Assembly: GCA_965222575.1 (NCBI GenBank)
Contig: OZ244958.1
Location: 1,056,001-1,120,000, forward strand
Direction: 5' to 3'
Length of the DNA stretch: 64,000 nt
From: Alphaproteobacteria bacterium
Lineage (GTDB): Bacteria > Pseudomonadota > Alphaproteobacteria > G965222575
The notes beneath the pieces are model-generated. The model was given only the letters and a program-made list of their open reading frames with translations, made no database searches and was not told the origin of the DNA. Below are positions 39,965 to 49,734 of this stretch, in pieces; position 1 is the stretch's first letter, and each line of letters begins with the position of its first letter. The translations under genes and the position numbers were made by a program.

Positions 39965-40615
39965 TTACAGGGCTAGGGTGATATATTGTTCTGTAACATC
40001 TGGGGTAGAGGTGTTGGGGAGGGGAGATTTTTTCTGAGATATCTTCATATGTTCTTCCTTTATTATGTTGATTTTAATGGAAGTTTTCAACATTTCTTTT
40101 TGGTAAATTCTCATCATATATTCTAAAGCAGCCAAAGGGGTTGTAGAAGCACCAGAGTAAGCGCAGTGTTTTTCGGTATTGTGACAACTTGTTAAGAGAA
40201 TATGTCCTCCATTTTTTGAGGCTTTGAGAAGGGGCGTTAAGCCACAGAGGAGGGCTTGTACGCTATGGAGATTATTGAAGGCGTCTTTCCAGAGGTTAGG
40301 GGGGATATGGGCTATGGGGCGCAGGGGGGTGGGTTGCAGGGGATTGAGTACGAGGATATCTAGCATTTTCCAGCGTTTTCCTATTTCGTAGCAGGCTTGT
40401 AGAATTTGGCTTGTTGCGGCTGGAGGGAGAGGGAGTAGAGTAAGAGCTGGCTGTTTTATGTCTTGTTCTAGGGAGTTAGCTAGTAGGTCTAGTTCTTGAG
40501 CTGTTGGGGCTGTAGCAATGACGTGTGCGCCTTCTTTTAGGTAGGCGGTGGTGATGGCTTTTCCTCTATCTTTTGTAGCACTTGTTACCAAAGCAAGGCG
40601 ATTTTCAAGGCGCAT
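39965..40615 (-). CDS. SDR-family oxidoreductase-like protein with degenerate motifs
   Basis: RLENRLALVT...EGAHVI...LDILVLN; conserved position downstream of purF. Confidence 0.78.
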   Translation of the reverse strand: MRLENRLALVTSATKDRGKAITTAYLKEGAHVIATAPTAQELDLLANSLEQDIKQPALTLLPLPPAATSQILQACYEIGKRWKMLDILVLNPLQPTPLRPIAHIPPNLWKDAFNNLHSVQALLCGLTPLLKASKNGGHILLTSCHNTEKHCAYSGASTTPLAALEYMMRIYQKEMLKTSIKINIIKEEHMKISQKKSPLPNTSTPDVTEQYITLAL

Positions 40616-40616
40616 A

Positions 40617-42080
40617 TTACTTCAGACTGAGTTGCGTTTGCGTGGGTTTTTGTTCTATTTTATCCACAAGAGGGGAAGGATAATGACCTGTTAGGCAAGC
40701 ATCACAAAATTCTGTTGTTTTGCGACTTTTGTTTGTTTCTTCTTCTGTTTCCAAGATGGCTGTTTTGAGGCCTTGTAGCGAAAGATAATGCAGACTGTCA
40801 CAGCCGATGAAAGAGGCAATGTCTGAGGGGGTTTTATGAGCAGCGATGAGGTCTTTTCTTTGTGGTGTGTCCACTCCATAGAAGCAAGGGAAGAGGTTAG
40901 GGGGGCTTGCGATGCGAAAATGGATTTCCGCAACACCGGCCGCTCGTAAGTATTCCATGATACGTTTAGCTGTTGTGCCGCGCACAATGGAATCATCTAC
41001 TAGAACGATTTTCTTGCCCTTGAGCAGGGTAGCATTAGGGCTATGTTTTATACGGGTGCTCAAATTTCTGATGTGTTGCTTAGGTTCAATGAACGTGCGT
41101 CCGATATAGTGATTTCTGATAATAGCGAACTCTAGGGGGATATCAGATTTTTGCGCGTATCCTAGAGCTGCTGGGTTGCCTGAATCTGGTACGGCCACTA
41201 CCATATGAGCGTTTATGGGGGCTTCTTGCGCTAGCTGGCGCCCTATGTTCTTGCGGACTTTGTAGACATTGCGATTCCCTACAGTGCTGTCAGGACGAGC
41301 AAAATAAATATATTCAAAAATACAAAACCGCTCTTGCCCCCGCGAAGGATAGGTGCCGGCAAGAGACAAAGGATGAGATGTTAAGCCGTTGTCATTAATG
41401 ATGACAATTTCTCCCGGTTTGACATCGCGTATAAAGGTAGCACCAACAGCGTTGAAAGCGCAGGTTTCTGAGGCTAAGAGATAATTCTTGCCTAGTTTTC
41501 CTATGACTAAGGGGCGTATGCCTAGGGGGTCTTTAATGCCAATGAGTTCCTTAGTCGTTAGCAATACAAGAGCGAATCCTCCATGAAGCTGACAAAGACT
41601 GTCTGTTAACTTGGAAAGTATGGTTTTTTGAGAACTTTGGGCGATGAGGTGAAGAATGATCTCTGTATCTGTTGTGGATTGAAAGGAGACATTCTTCAGA
41701 GATTTTTTCAGTGTCTGGGCGTTGGTGAGATTGCCATTATGGGCAATGACCAAGGGATGCTGCATGTTGATGGCCATAGGCTGAATGTTTGCAAGATTTG
41801 AAGCCCCTGTTGTTGAGTAGCGATTATGGGCAATAGCAGCAGTCCCTTTGAGGGTTTTGATAACATTTTTCTTTGAAAAAATATCTCCAACAAGGCCGGG
41901 CTTTTTGTAAAGATGTAAGGTCTCCCCCTCCATTGAGGCAATGCCGGCGGCTTCTTGTCCTCTATGTTGCAAGGCGTTCAAAGCAAGCGTTGCAAGAGCA
42001 GCCGCATCAGTGGTATTCCAAATCCCAAACACACCACATTCTTCATGGAATTTATCACCTGTTGGAGGGTAGTTAACCAT
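40617..42080 (-). CDS. purF: Amidophosphoribosyltransferase
   Basis: EECGVFG, LQHRGQE, HNRYST, HNGN, FEYIYFARPDS, VDDSIVRGTT; ATG at 42080. Confidence 0.97.
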   Translation of the reverse strand: MVNYPPTGDKFHEECGVFGIWNTTDAAALATLALNALQHRGQEAAGIASMEGETLHLYKKPGLVGDIFSKKNVIKTLKGTAAIAHNRYSTTGASNLANIQPMAINMQHPLVIAHNGNLTNAQTLKKSLKNVSFQSTTDTEIILHLIAQSSQKTILSKLTDSLCQLHGGFALVLLTTKELIGIKDPLGIRPLVIGKLGKNYLLASETCAFNAVGATFIRDVKPGEIVIINDNGLTSHPLSLAGTYPSRGQERFCIFEYIYFARPDSTVGNRNVYKVRKNIGRQLAQEAPINAHMVVAVPDSGNPAALGYAQKSDIPLEFAIIRNHYIGRTFIEPKQHIRNLSTRIKHSPNATLLKGKKIVLVDDSIVRGTTAKRIMEYLRAAGVAEIHFRIASPPNLFPCFYGVDTPQRKDLIAAHKTPSDIASFIGCDSLHYLSLQGLKTAILETEEETNKSRKTTEFCDACLTGHYPSPLVDKIEQKPTQTQLSLK

Positions 42081-42633
42081 ATTTTTGTTGTAGTTTTTTG
42101 AGTTTTTTGCGCTCCTTTTGAAAATCTTCAATGTTTTTCTTAATAGGTTTAGCAATACGAGAAGGAAGAAAAATTGTAAACAGTTTAGCACCTCCGTCTA
42201 AAAAATATCGTCCCTCTGAGTCCCTGATGAAACGCGGCAAACTATAAGGAGACACAAAAGTCACCACAAGAAGCCACACAGCAGACATAATAAGTGTTGA
42301 TTTCGTAACGCCTATCACGAGGCCGAGAGCATGATTGAGGGTCTTGTACTTGCTACTTTGAACATGAGAGGAAAGAAAAGTCGCTATGAGTTTCAAGCCC
42401 CAAAAGGAGCCAAGAAAGACAATAAGAGAGGAGATAATGCCGTTGAGAAACGAGTTCATAATATAAGGCTCTGTGAAATAAGTGACAATGCCAACGCTAG
42501 TAATGGTGATGACAATAGCGCCTCCCAAAACGGCTAAAGACAAAATCTCTTTCATGGCTCCCCGCACCATGGAAAATAGCCCTGAAAGAAATAGGAGGGC
42601 AATGATGGAAACATCTAAAGCATTGGCAGCCAT
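42073..42633 (-). CDS. cvpA: CvpA family membrane protein
   Basis: LD..II...SG..S.VRG..KEILSL; multiple TM segments; upstream of purF. Confidence 0.87.
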   Translation of the reverse strand: MAANALDVSIIALLFLSGLFSMVRGAMKEILSLAVLGGAIVITITSVGIVTYFTEPYIMNSFLNGIISSLIVFLGSFWGLKLIATFLSSHVQSSKYKTLNHALGLVIGVTKSTLIMSAVWLLVVTFVSPYSLPRFIRDSEGRYFLDGGAKLFTIFLPSRIAKPIKKNIEDFQKERKKLKKLQQKYG

Positions 42634-42830
42634 AGGGAACCCTTTTGAAAACATTAGAGTGACACAGTCATTACGATAACAATTTTACTTTTTTAAGGCT
42701 ATAAAAATTTCGAGAGGATAGAGCCTCTAAAGAGAGGGGTTTTCAGAGGTTAGACATACTAGAGTTGAGAGGAATTTAACTTTTTTTCCTTAAATGGATA
42801 AAGAATAGGAATAACAGAGAGAGTGTGTGA

Positions 42831-43133
42831 TTGCAGAAGATGATATCAAAAGAAAAGCTAGAAGATTACTATCACCGCGCCTTAAAGGGTGACGGAATAG
42901 CGCAATACCAACTTGGGTTGGCTTATTCCACTGGAGATATAGGAGGGAGGTGTGATTATGTCTCTGCTCACCAGTGGTTTAACATAGCCGCTTCATTTGG
43001 CATTAAGGGCGCTAAGAAGCACCGTGAGGATATTGCATCTGTGATGGAGAAAAGGGATATAGAGAAAGCACAGGCTTATGCGCGCAAGATATTTGTATCG
43101 ATTGAATCGGGACTTTCGAAGCGCGGAATTTGA
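42831..43133 (+). CDS. Small Sel1-repeat protein
   Basis: AQYQLGLAYSTG...DYVSAHQWFNIAAS.G. Confidence 0.85.
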   Translation: MQKMISKEKLEDYYHRALKGDGIAQYQLGLAYSTGDIGGRCDYVSAHQWFNIAASFGIKGAKKHREDIASVMEKRDIEKAQAYARKIFVSIESGLSKRGI

Positions 43134-43221
43134 AAGCATGCGTCTTTTTTGTTTGTCCCTTTTGGGATACCTGCTAAAGTAAAGGCGAGCTAGTTGAGGT
43201 CATGGGAAAAAAGGGTACGAA

Positions 43222-45150
43222 ATGCTCTATATTTTTGTTGTACTGTTACCGCTTGCAGGTGCTCTGTTAGGGGGGATTTTTTTAAGGATTTTCGGACAGG
43301 TTTTTGTTCAAGTTTTCACCTGTTCATGTGTGTTTTTGTCTTGTATTTTGTCTATTATAGGCTGGAGACTTTTTCCGAACACCGGGGTTAGCGTTTTTCA
43401 CCTTATGCCTTGGATAGAGGTAGGGTCTCTCTCAACAGCGTTTGCAGTTCGCCTTGATTCTCTTACGTTGGTGATGATGTTTGTGGTGACAAGTGTGTCG
43501 TTTCTTGTTCATTTATATTCTTTGGGGTATATGGCAAGAGATAGTCGTCGGGGTCTTTTCATGTGTTATTTGTCGTTTTTCACGGCAGCCATGTTGATAT
43601 TGGTAAGTGCTAATGATTATGGTCAGTTATTTTTAGGTTGGGAAGGCGTTGGGTTAGCCTCGTATTTATTGATTGGGTTTTGGTATGAGAAGCCGACTGC
43701 GGGAGCTGCAGCTATGAAAGCTTTTATTGTGAATCGCATAGGGGATATGGGGCTTTTGTTAGGGTTAGGCTTGATAGTATTTCACTTTGGGTCTTTAGAG
43801 ATGGATACGGTGTTTGCCCAAGCTCAAGACGGGGGGGTGCTAACCGTAGCAGGGTATAATATCCCTGTGGTGTCCCTGATATCCTTCTTTTTGTTTATAG
43901 GGGCTATGGGAAAGTCGGCACAACTTGGTCTTCATATATGGCTTCCTGACGCCATGGAAGGCCCTACTCCTGTCTCTGCTCTGATTCACGCAGCCACTAT
44001 GGTAACAGCTGGTGTCTTCTTACTTGTGAGGTCTTCTCCTCTTTTAGAATATGCGCCTTTTGTTCTTCAGTTTATAGGGGTCATAGGAGCGCTCACAGCG
44101 GTTTTTGCAGCTACCATTGCCATTGTCCAAACAGACATTAAACGTGTGATAGCCTATTCTACTTGTTCTCAGTTAGGGTACATGATAGCGGCGTGTGGGT
44201 TATCTGCTTATGGAGCGGCGCTGTTTCATCTTTTTACCCATGCTTTTTTCAAGGCGCTGTTGTTTTTAGGTGCCGGTGCTGTGATACATGTGTTACATGA
44301 GCAGGATTTAAGGCGTATGGGAGGGCTGCGGCTACACTTGCCTTTTACGCATATGATGATGTGGGCAGGAGTCATTGCTTTGATGGGCGTGCCGTTTTTT
44401 TCTGGCTATTTTTCAAAGGATATCATTATGGAGTCGGCGTTTGCCTCTTCTTTGGGTATTGGTATGTTTGTATTTTGGAGTACCTTGATAGCAGCTGTTT
44501 TAACGGTTATCTATTCTATAAGGATGATGGTGATGGTATTCTATGGTCCCTGTCGAGTTTCAACTGTGCATTTGAAGACACTTAACGAGCCTTCTTTTGT
44601 TATGCTTTTGCCGAATTTTCTCTTATCGCTAGGGTCTTTATTCATGGGGTGGCTTTTTGCCTCAAGGATGGTAGGGGAGGGGCAAAGAGACTTTTGGAAA
44701 GAAGCAATTTTTGAACGCTCTTTTATGGAAGAAGGGGTTTCTCTTTTAGAAAAAGCGCACCATGTCTCTTTTGGTGTTAAAATGTTACCGCTTGTAGCAA
44801 TAGTGATAGGGGTTATTGTCTCTTTAATCGTGTTGTTGAAAAAAGAGTGGATTGCGGGATTTATGACATACCACAGGCCTTTGTATCGTTTTCTTTTGAA
44901 TAAGTGGTATATAGATGAACTTTATGGCTGGATTTTCATCCGCCCCTTTGTCCTTCTTAGCAGAGGTGCCTATGCTGTGGATAGAGTGATTTTTGATAGC
45001 AGTATTATCAACAAGGTGACTAACAGCATAGGTCGTTTGTCCTCTGTCCTATCAAAGGCTCAAACAGGATACCTATACCATTACGCTTTTATGATGGTGT
45101 TAGGGATTTTTACTCTTGTTAGTATCTTGTTTTTGATGGATGGTAGCTAA
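43222..45150 (+). CDS. nuoL: NADH-quinone oxidoreductase subunit L
   Basis: GWEGVG, NRIGD, WLPDAMEGPTPVSALIHAATMV, HAFFKALLF. Confidence 0.98.
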   Translation: MLYIFVVLLPLAGALLGGIFLRIFGQVFVQVFTCSCVFLSCILSIIGWRLFPNTGVSVFHLMPWIEVGSLSTAFAVRLDSLTLVMMFVVTSVSFLVHLYSLGYMARDSRRGLFMCYLSFFTAAMLILVSANDYGQLFLGWEGVGLASYLLIGFWYEKPTAGAAAMKAFIVNRIGDMGLLLGLGLIVFHFGSLEMDTVFAQAQDGGVLTVAGYNIPVVSLISFFLFIGAMGKSAQLGLHIWLPDAMEGPTPVSALIHAATMVTAGVFLLVRSSPLLEYAPFVLQFIGVIGALTAVFAATIAIVQTDIKRVIAYSTCSQLGYMIAACGLSAYGAALFHLFTHAFFKALLFLGAGAVIHVLHEQDLRRMGGLRLHLPFTHMMMWAGVIALMGVPFFSGYFSKDIIMESAFASSLGIGMFVFWSTLIAAVLTVIYSIRMMVMVFYGPCRVSTVHLKTLNEPSFVMLLPNFLLSLGSLFMGWLFASRMVGEGQRDFWKEAIFERSFMEEGVSLLEKAHHVSFGVKMLPLVAIVIGVIVSLIVLLKKEWIAGFMTYHRPLYRFLLNKWYIDELYGWIFIRPFVLLSRGAYAVDRVIFDSSIINKVTNSIGRLSSVLSKAQTGYLYHYAFMMVLGIFTLVSILFLMDGS

Positions 45151-45152
45151 TA

Positions 45153-46772
45153 ATGCCTTTGCCTATTGTCTCCATTTTGATTTTTATGCCTCTTGTGGGG
45201 GTCACCAGTCTTTTGTTTACGAAGAGTGATGAGAAGGCGCACAATGCCTTTTGGGTGAGTCTTTGGACAACATTACTGGTGTTTTTTTACGCTATTATAG
45301 TGGCATTACTCTTTGATTCTTCCCTTACAGGCTTTCAATTTGTTGAGGAAAGGAGTCTATTAGGATTTTATCATGTCCGCTATATCGTAGGATTAGACGG
45401 CATTTCTTTAGCGTTTGTTCTCTTGACAACATTTTTAATGGTGTTGGTGATTTTAGCGAGTTTTGGTATTCGGCATCGCCGCAAAGAATATATGATTGCG
45501 TTTTTGATAATGGAAACCTTTATGTTAGGGGTATTTTGCGCACTAGATAGTCTGGTATTTTATATGTTTTTTGAGGTTGGGTTAATTCCTATGTTTTTGA
45601 TTATAGGGATTTGGGGGGGTAAGAATCGTGTTTTTGCCTCTTTGAAGTTTTTTCTTTATACCCTCTTAGGGTCTGTCTTTATGCTGTTAGCAGTGGTGTA
45701 TTTAGCACAGATTGGCAAGACAGATATGAGGCATTTTTTAGAAGCGGATCTGTCTTTTTCAGTACAGCGCTGGCTTTGGCTAGCCTTTTTTGCGTCTTTT
45801 GCCGTTAAGATTCCCAAGTGGCCCGTGCATACCTGGCTTCCCGATGCACACGTGCAAGCCCCTACAGCTGGCTCCATGATTTTAGCCGGAATTCTGTTAA
45901 AAATGGGAGCCTACGGTTTCTTGAGATTTTCTCTCCCTCTTTGTCCAGAAGCCTCTATTTTCTTTGCTCCACTGGTCATAGGTCTTGGCGTAATCGCCAT
46001 TGTGGTAGCTTCTTTGAGCGCTTTTCGACAGGAAGATATGAAAAAACTTGTGGCGTATTCCTCTGTAGCCCATATGGGCTTTGTTTCCGTGGGTCTGTTC
46101 TCAGGGAGTGCTCAAGGAGCAGTGGGGGCAATGGTTCAGATGATAAGTCATGGATGTATTTCGGCTGCCTTGTTTTTTTGTGTAGGGAGCCTCTATGATA
46201 GAACGAAAACCCGCAATATGAACGATTTCGGAGGACTGGCAAAGCCTATGCCTCTTTACGGAGGGATTTTATTGTTTTTCTTATTGGCTAGTGCCGCTTT
46301 ACCCGGTACCTCTGGTTTTGTAGGAGAATTTCTCGTTCTGATAAGCGCTTGGCATATTCACTGGGGAGTAGCCCTTCTTGTGGCAAGTGGGGTTATCTTA
46401 GGGGCTGTTTATCCTCTCTGGCTTTATCGAAAAATCGCTACAGGCCCTCTGAAGCCTATGGCTAATCTGACAGATTGTCACACAAGGGAGAAAATCATCT
46501 TGTTGCCTTTAGTCATGGTCGTCTTATGGTTAGGTCTGTATCCTAAGGGAGTCATTAAGCTGGTGGAATCTCCCCTTAATACTCTTATGAATCCTTACTT
46601 TGTTGCCTCTTCCAAACAATCACTACCCCTAGAAGATGGGGGTAAAGATTCTCAACAAAAAGGGCTTGACGCGCTTTCCAAACAATCAGTACCGCTAGAA
46701 AATAAAGGTGAAGATTTTCAACAAAAAGGGCTTGACACCCCTTCCAAACAATCACTACCGCTAGAGGAATAA
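45153..46772 (+). CDS. nuoM: NADH-quinone oxidoreductase subunit M with a repeat C-terminal tail
   Basis: HTWLPDAHVQAPTAGS, LLKMGAYG, AYSSVAHMG, LPGTSGFVGEF. Confidence 0.97.
   Translation: MPLPIVSILIFMPLVGVTSLLFTKSDEKAHNAFWVSLWTTLLVFFYAIIVALLFDSSLTGFQFVEERSLLGFYHVRYIVGLDGISLAFVLLTTFLMVLVILASFGIRHRRKEYMIAFLIMETFMLGVFCALDSLVFYMFFEVGLIPMFLIIGIWGGKNRVFASLKFFLYTLLGSVFMLLAVVYLAQIGKTDMRHFLEADLSFSVQRWLWLAFFASFAVKIPKWPVHTWLPDAHVQAPTAGSMILAGILLKMGAYGFLRFSLPLCPEASIFFAPLVIGLGVIAIVVASLSAFRQEDMKKLVAYSSVAHMGFVSVGLFSGSAQGAVGAMVQMISHGCISAALFFCVGSLYDRTKTRNMNDFGGLAKPMPLYGGILLFFLLASAALPGTSGFVGEFLVLISAWHIHWGVALLVASGVILGAVYPLWLYRKIATGPLKPMANLTDCHTREKIILLPLVMVVLWLGLYPKGVIKLVESPLNTLMNPYFVASSKQSLPLEDGGKDSQQKGLDALSKQSVPLENKGEDFQQKGLDTPSKQSLPLEE
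46611..46769 (+). repeat. About 2.4 x 66-bp in-frame tandem repeat
   Basis: Units begin tccaaacaatca at 46611, 46677 and 46743. Confidence 0.92.
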
Positions 46773-46778
46773 CGAGAT

Positions 46779-48242
46779 ATGGTGATTCTTTCCTATTTAC
46801 AAATTCTGTCGTTGCGCTGTGAACTGGGCTTAATCCTTTTAGGCTTGTTGATTTTTTTGTGGGGAATGTTCGCCCCGGAAAAACTTAAGGTTTTTGGCTG
46901 GTTATCCCTTTGTTCTTTGGCACTTGCAGGCGTCTATTTTATCAGTATTGCTTCCGTTGACACAGGGAGCACAAGGACGCCCGATGGGTTATATTTTGTA
47001 AGCTCTTTTGAGCTTTACGCTAAGGCGTTAATAGCCCTAACAAGTGCTGTCTGTTTACTGTGTGCTTTACGAGTTTTTGCCTTTCCTTCCAATGGGAAAG
47101 AAGAGGGGGAGGGCATGGAGTATTTTGTTCTCACACTTTTTGCCTCTGTAGCGATGATGGGGATGGTATCAGCTCATAATTTTTTATCGTTATATGTGTT
47201 ATTAGAGCTTCAAAGTTTGTGTTTGTACATTTTGTGTGCCATTGAAAGAAAAAACCCAAGAGCTCTTGAATCAGCGGTAAAGTACTTTGTTTTAGGAGGC
47301 TTAGCTTCTGGCTTTTTACTCTTTGGTATCTCTTTGCTTTACGGCGTTGTGGGGTCTACTTCTTATGAAGCGGTGAGTTTGTTTCTTCAACAAGGGCATG
47401 ATTCTTTTATCTTCTTGACATCACTTATGTTTATTGGTGGGGCATTGAGTTTTAAGTTATCCATTGTGCCTTTTCACATGTGGACGGCTGATGTTTACGA
47501 AGGGAGTAAAATGCCTGTGACGGCGTTTTTAGCCACAGCCTCTAAAGTAGCAGCTGTGGTGGTTTTTTGGAGATTTCTCTCCACTCTTAGCAACTATGAC
47601 ATTATCCCCTTATTCCTGATAGTTCTTGGTCTTTTTTCCATAGCCCTCGGGTCTATTGCAGCGATTTTTCAACGCTCTTTCAAACGTCTTCTAGCCTTTT
47701 CAACAGTAGCAAACGCAGGTTATCTTCTAATTCTCATCGCTCTCCATACCTCCATAGCCAAGACAGCCCTATTGGTCTATCTCACCATCTATGTGGTAAC
47801 GCTAAGCAGCATATTTGGTCTGTTGTGTCTGATGAGGAAAAACAATCAGTTCTTGGAGAATTTATCAGATTTTTGTGGATTGTATAAAACCCATCCTTTT
47901 TATGCTGCTGTTTTATCTACGGGACTATTATCGTTAGCTGGTCTTCCTATTTTTGCGGGATTTTTTGGGAAGCTGTGGGTTTTATCCGCTGTGATACAGG
48001 AAGGTGGTACTGTATGGTATATCTTAACCGCCATCATTGTGGTGTTAGCGGTTATTGGGGCTTTTTATTATGTGCGTATGGTGAAAATGATATATATGGA
48101 TTCTCCTGTGGAAGGGGTAGAGGTTTTAGAAGGCTGGACATTGAAAGCTGTTGTGTGTATTTCTTGGCTTTTCGTGTTGTTGTTTGTTTTTGTGTATCCC
48201 GTTTTGATAGACTACTTAAGGGTTCATATTAGTGGGATTTAG
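46779..48242 (+). CDS. nuoN: NADH-quinone oxidoreductase subunit N
   Basis: LELQSL, ESAVKYFVLG, FKLSIVPFHMWTADVYEG, GFFGK. Confidence 0.96.
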   Translation: MVILSYLQILSLRCELGLILLGLLIFLWGMFAPEKLKVFGWLSLCSLALAGVYFISIASVDTGSTRTPDGLYFVSSFELYAKALIALTSAVCLLCALRVFAFPSNGKEEGEGMEYFVLTLFASVAMMGMVSAHNFLSLYVLLELQSLCLYILCAIERKNPRALESAVKYFVLGGLASGFLLFGISLLYGVVGSTSYEAVSLFLQQGHDSFIFLTSLMFIGGALSFKLSIVPFHMWTADVYEGSKMPVTAFLATASKVAAVVVFWRFLSTLSNYDIIPLFLIVLGLFSIALGSIAAIFQRSFKRLLAFSTVANAGYLLILIALHTSIAKTALLVYLTIYVVTLSSIFGLLCLMRKNNQFLENLSDFCGLYKTHPFYAAVLSTGLLSLAGLPIFAGFFGKLWVLSAVIQEGGTVWYILTAIIVVLAVIGAFYYVRMVKMIYMDSPVEGVEVLEGWTLKAVVCISWLFVLLFVFVYPVLIDYLRVHISGI

Positions 48243-48961
48243 GACACTGTATTTTCAAGAGATAGCTAGCACGAATACTGAAGGTCTTAAGAGGGCTTTA
48301 TCGGGATGGGGTGAAGAGATGTTACTTTGGGCGGATTACCAGACAGCTGGGAGGGGTCGTTTTGACAGGAAGTGGTTAGGAGGGAGGGGGAATGTTTATA
48401 TGTCTATTGTGTGTTATCCTAATTTTTCTTTTCGTCGTGTAGGGGAGCTTTCTTTATCGACGGCTGTCTCAGTGGTGAAGGTATTGAGAGGATTTCTTCC
48501 TTCTGTTCGGTGCAAGTGGCCAAATGATGTGATGGTGAGTGCATAAGAAGTTGGGGGGGGTATTGGTAGAAACGGTGAGGAAAGAAGAAAGCACGCCTTC
48601 TTGGGGAGCGGTAATTGGTATAGGGATAAATGTTGTGGGGTGTCCACGAATAAAAGATGGGGGGAGGGTAGCGACTTCTCTTGTAGAGAATGGGGTTAGG
48701 GTAGCATCTGTGAAAGAATTGATAAAGAGTATTGCTGTCTCTGTAGAAGATGGCAGGCACCAATTGGAAGAGGAGGGGTTTTCTTTGGTCAAGAAAGCGT
48801 GGGAGACTTATGCTGTGGAGGGGGAAAGCATGAGAGTGAGGACTTCGGGAGGGATTTTAGAAGGAAGGTATTGCGGTATTGATGAGGAAGGGTCTGTTTT
48901 GCTAGGCACGCGTAGCGGTTATGAGGCGCGGATACGAATAGGGGAGGCGCTTTTATGTTGA
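48232..48961 (+). pseudogene. birA: Biotin protein ligase (no HTH domain), +1 frameshift at 48536-48546
   Basis: STN, QTAGRGR and KWPND in the first frame; KKLGGVLVE and IGIGINV in the next. Confidence 0.85.
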
Positions 48962-49650
48962 TAGCATTGGAGGGAATAGATGGAGCTGGCAAACGGACGC
49001 TAGGAGAGTCCTTAGTGGTGTTATCTGAGTGCAAGGGATATGAGGCTATGTTGTTGTCTTTTCCTTGTTATGGCAGGACTAAGTCTTCTCAAGAGATTGC
49101 TAACATTCTAAGGAATCATGATATAAGGGAGGAGGCCCCGGAAGTATTAGCGTTATTATTTTCTATGGACAGAGCAGAGAGTCTACCGCAGTTACAGGAG
49201 GCACTTGAGAAGAAGGATATTGTGTTTGTTGACCGTTATATTTTTTCAAATTTTGCCTATCACTTGCCGAGGCTTTCGTCTCTTCTGAGGCGGGAAAGGT
49301 TTGTACAGACCTATTTATCTTTGGAAAAGGAGCATTTTGGTCTTCCTATGCCTGATGGTGTGGTGTTTTTGGAGCAATTACCTGTGATTGCTGCTAGATT
49401 CAGGTTAAAGAGAGTAGCGGAGGGGGGACAAAGAGAAGATTCTTATGAGAAAGACGAGGGGTTTTTAGAAAAAGTCAACGATGCTTATGGGGAATTATTA
49501 GAGGACAAAGCGTTATCTCGTCAAGTAGGCTGTTGGTGGTATCGACTATTGGGGTGGAGAGAGGAAGAGGAGGGCTTTTGTTCTCGTTCTTTGGAAGATT
49601 TAACGCAAGAAGTTTGGCAAAAAGGATTAGTTCCTAAACTCAATAAGTGA
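48955..49650 (+). CDS. tmk: Thymidylate kinase, actinobacterial-like type
   Basis: IALEGIDGAGKRT, FP.YG, LFSMDR, DRYIFSNFAY, LPMPD. Confidence 0.88.
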   Translation: MLIALEGIDGAGKRTLGESLVVLSECKGYEAMLLSFPCYGRTKSSQEIANILRNHDIREEAPEVLALLFSMDRAESLPQLQEALEKKDIVFVDRYIFSNFAYHLPRLSSLLRRERFVQTYLSLEKEHFGLPMPDGVVFLEQLPVIAARFRLKRVAEGGQREDSYEKDEGFLEKVNDAYGELLEDKALSRQVGCWWYRLLGWREEEEGFCSRSLEDLTQEVWQKGLVPKLNK

Positions 49651-49734
49651 GGGGAAAAAGAAAAAGGCTATTTACTTTTTGCTGTTGTTTTATGAGTATT
49701 ATTGGTGTGTTGTGTGTAATGGGATTTGGTATGT

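Noticed and set aside
42776-42793. CtrA box upstream of the Sel1 gene (similar site near 11461)
   Set aside because: TTAA half-sites are 10 nt apart rather than 7, in an AT-rich context
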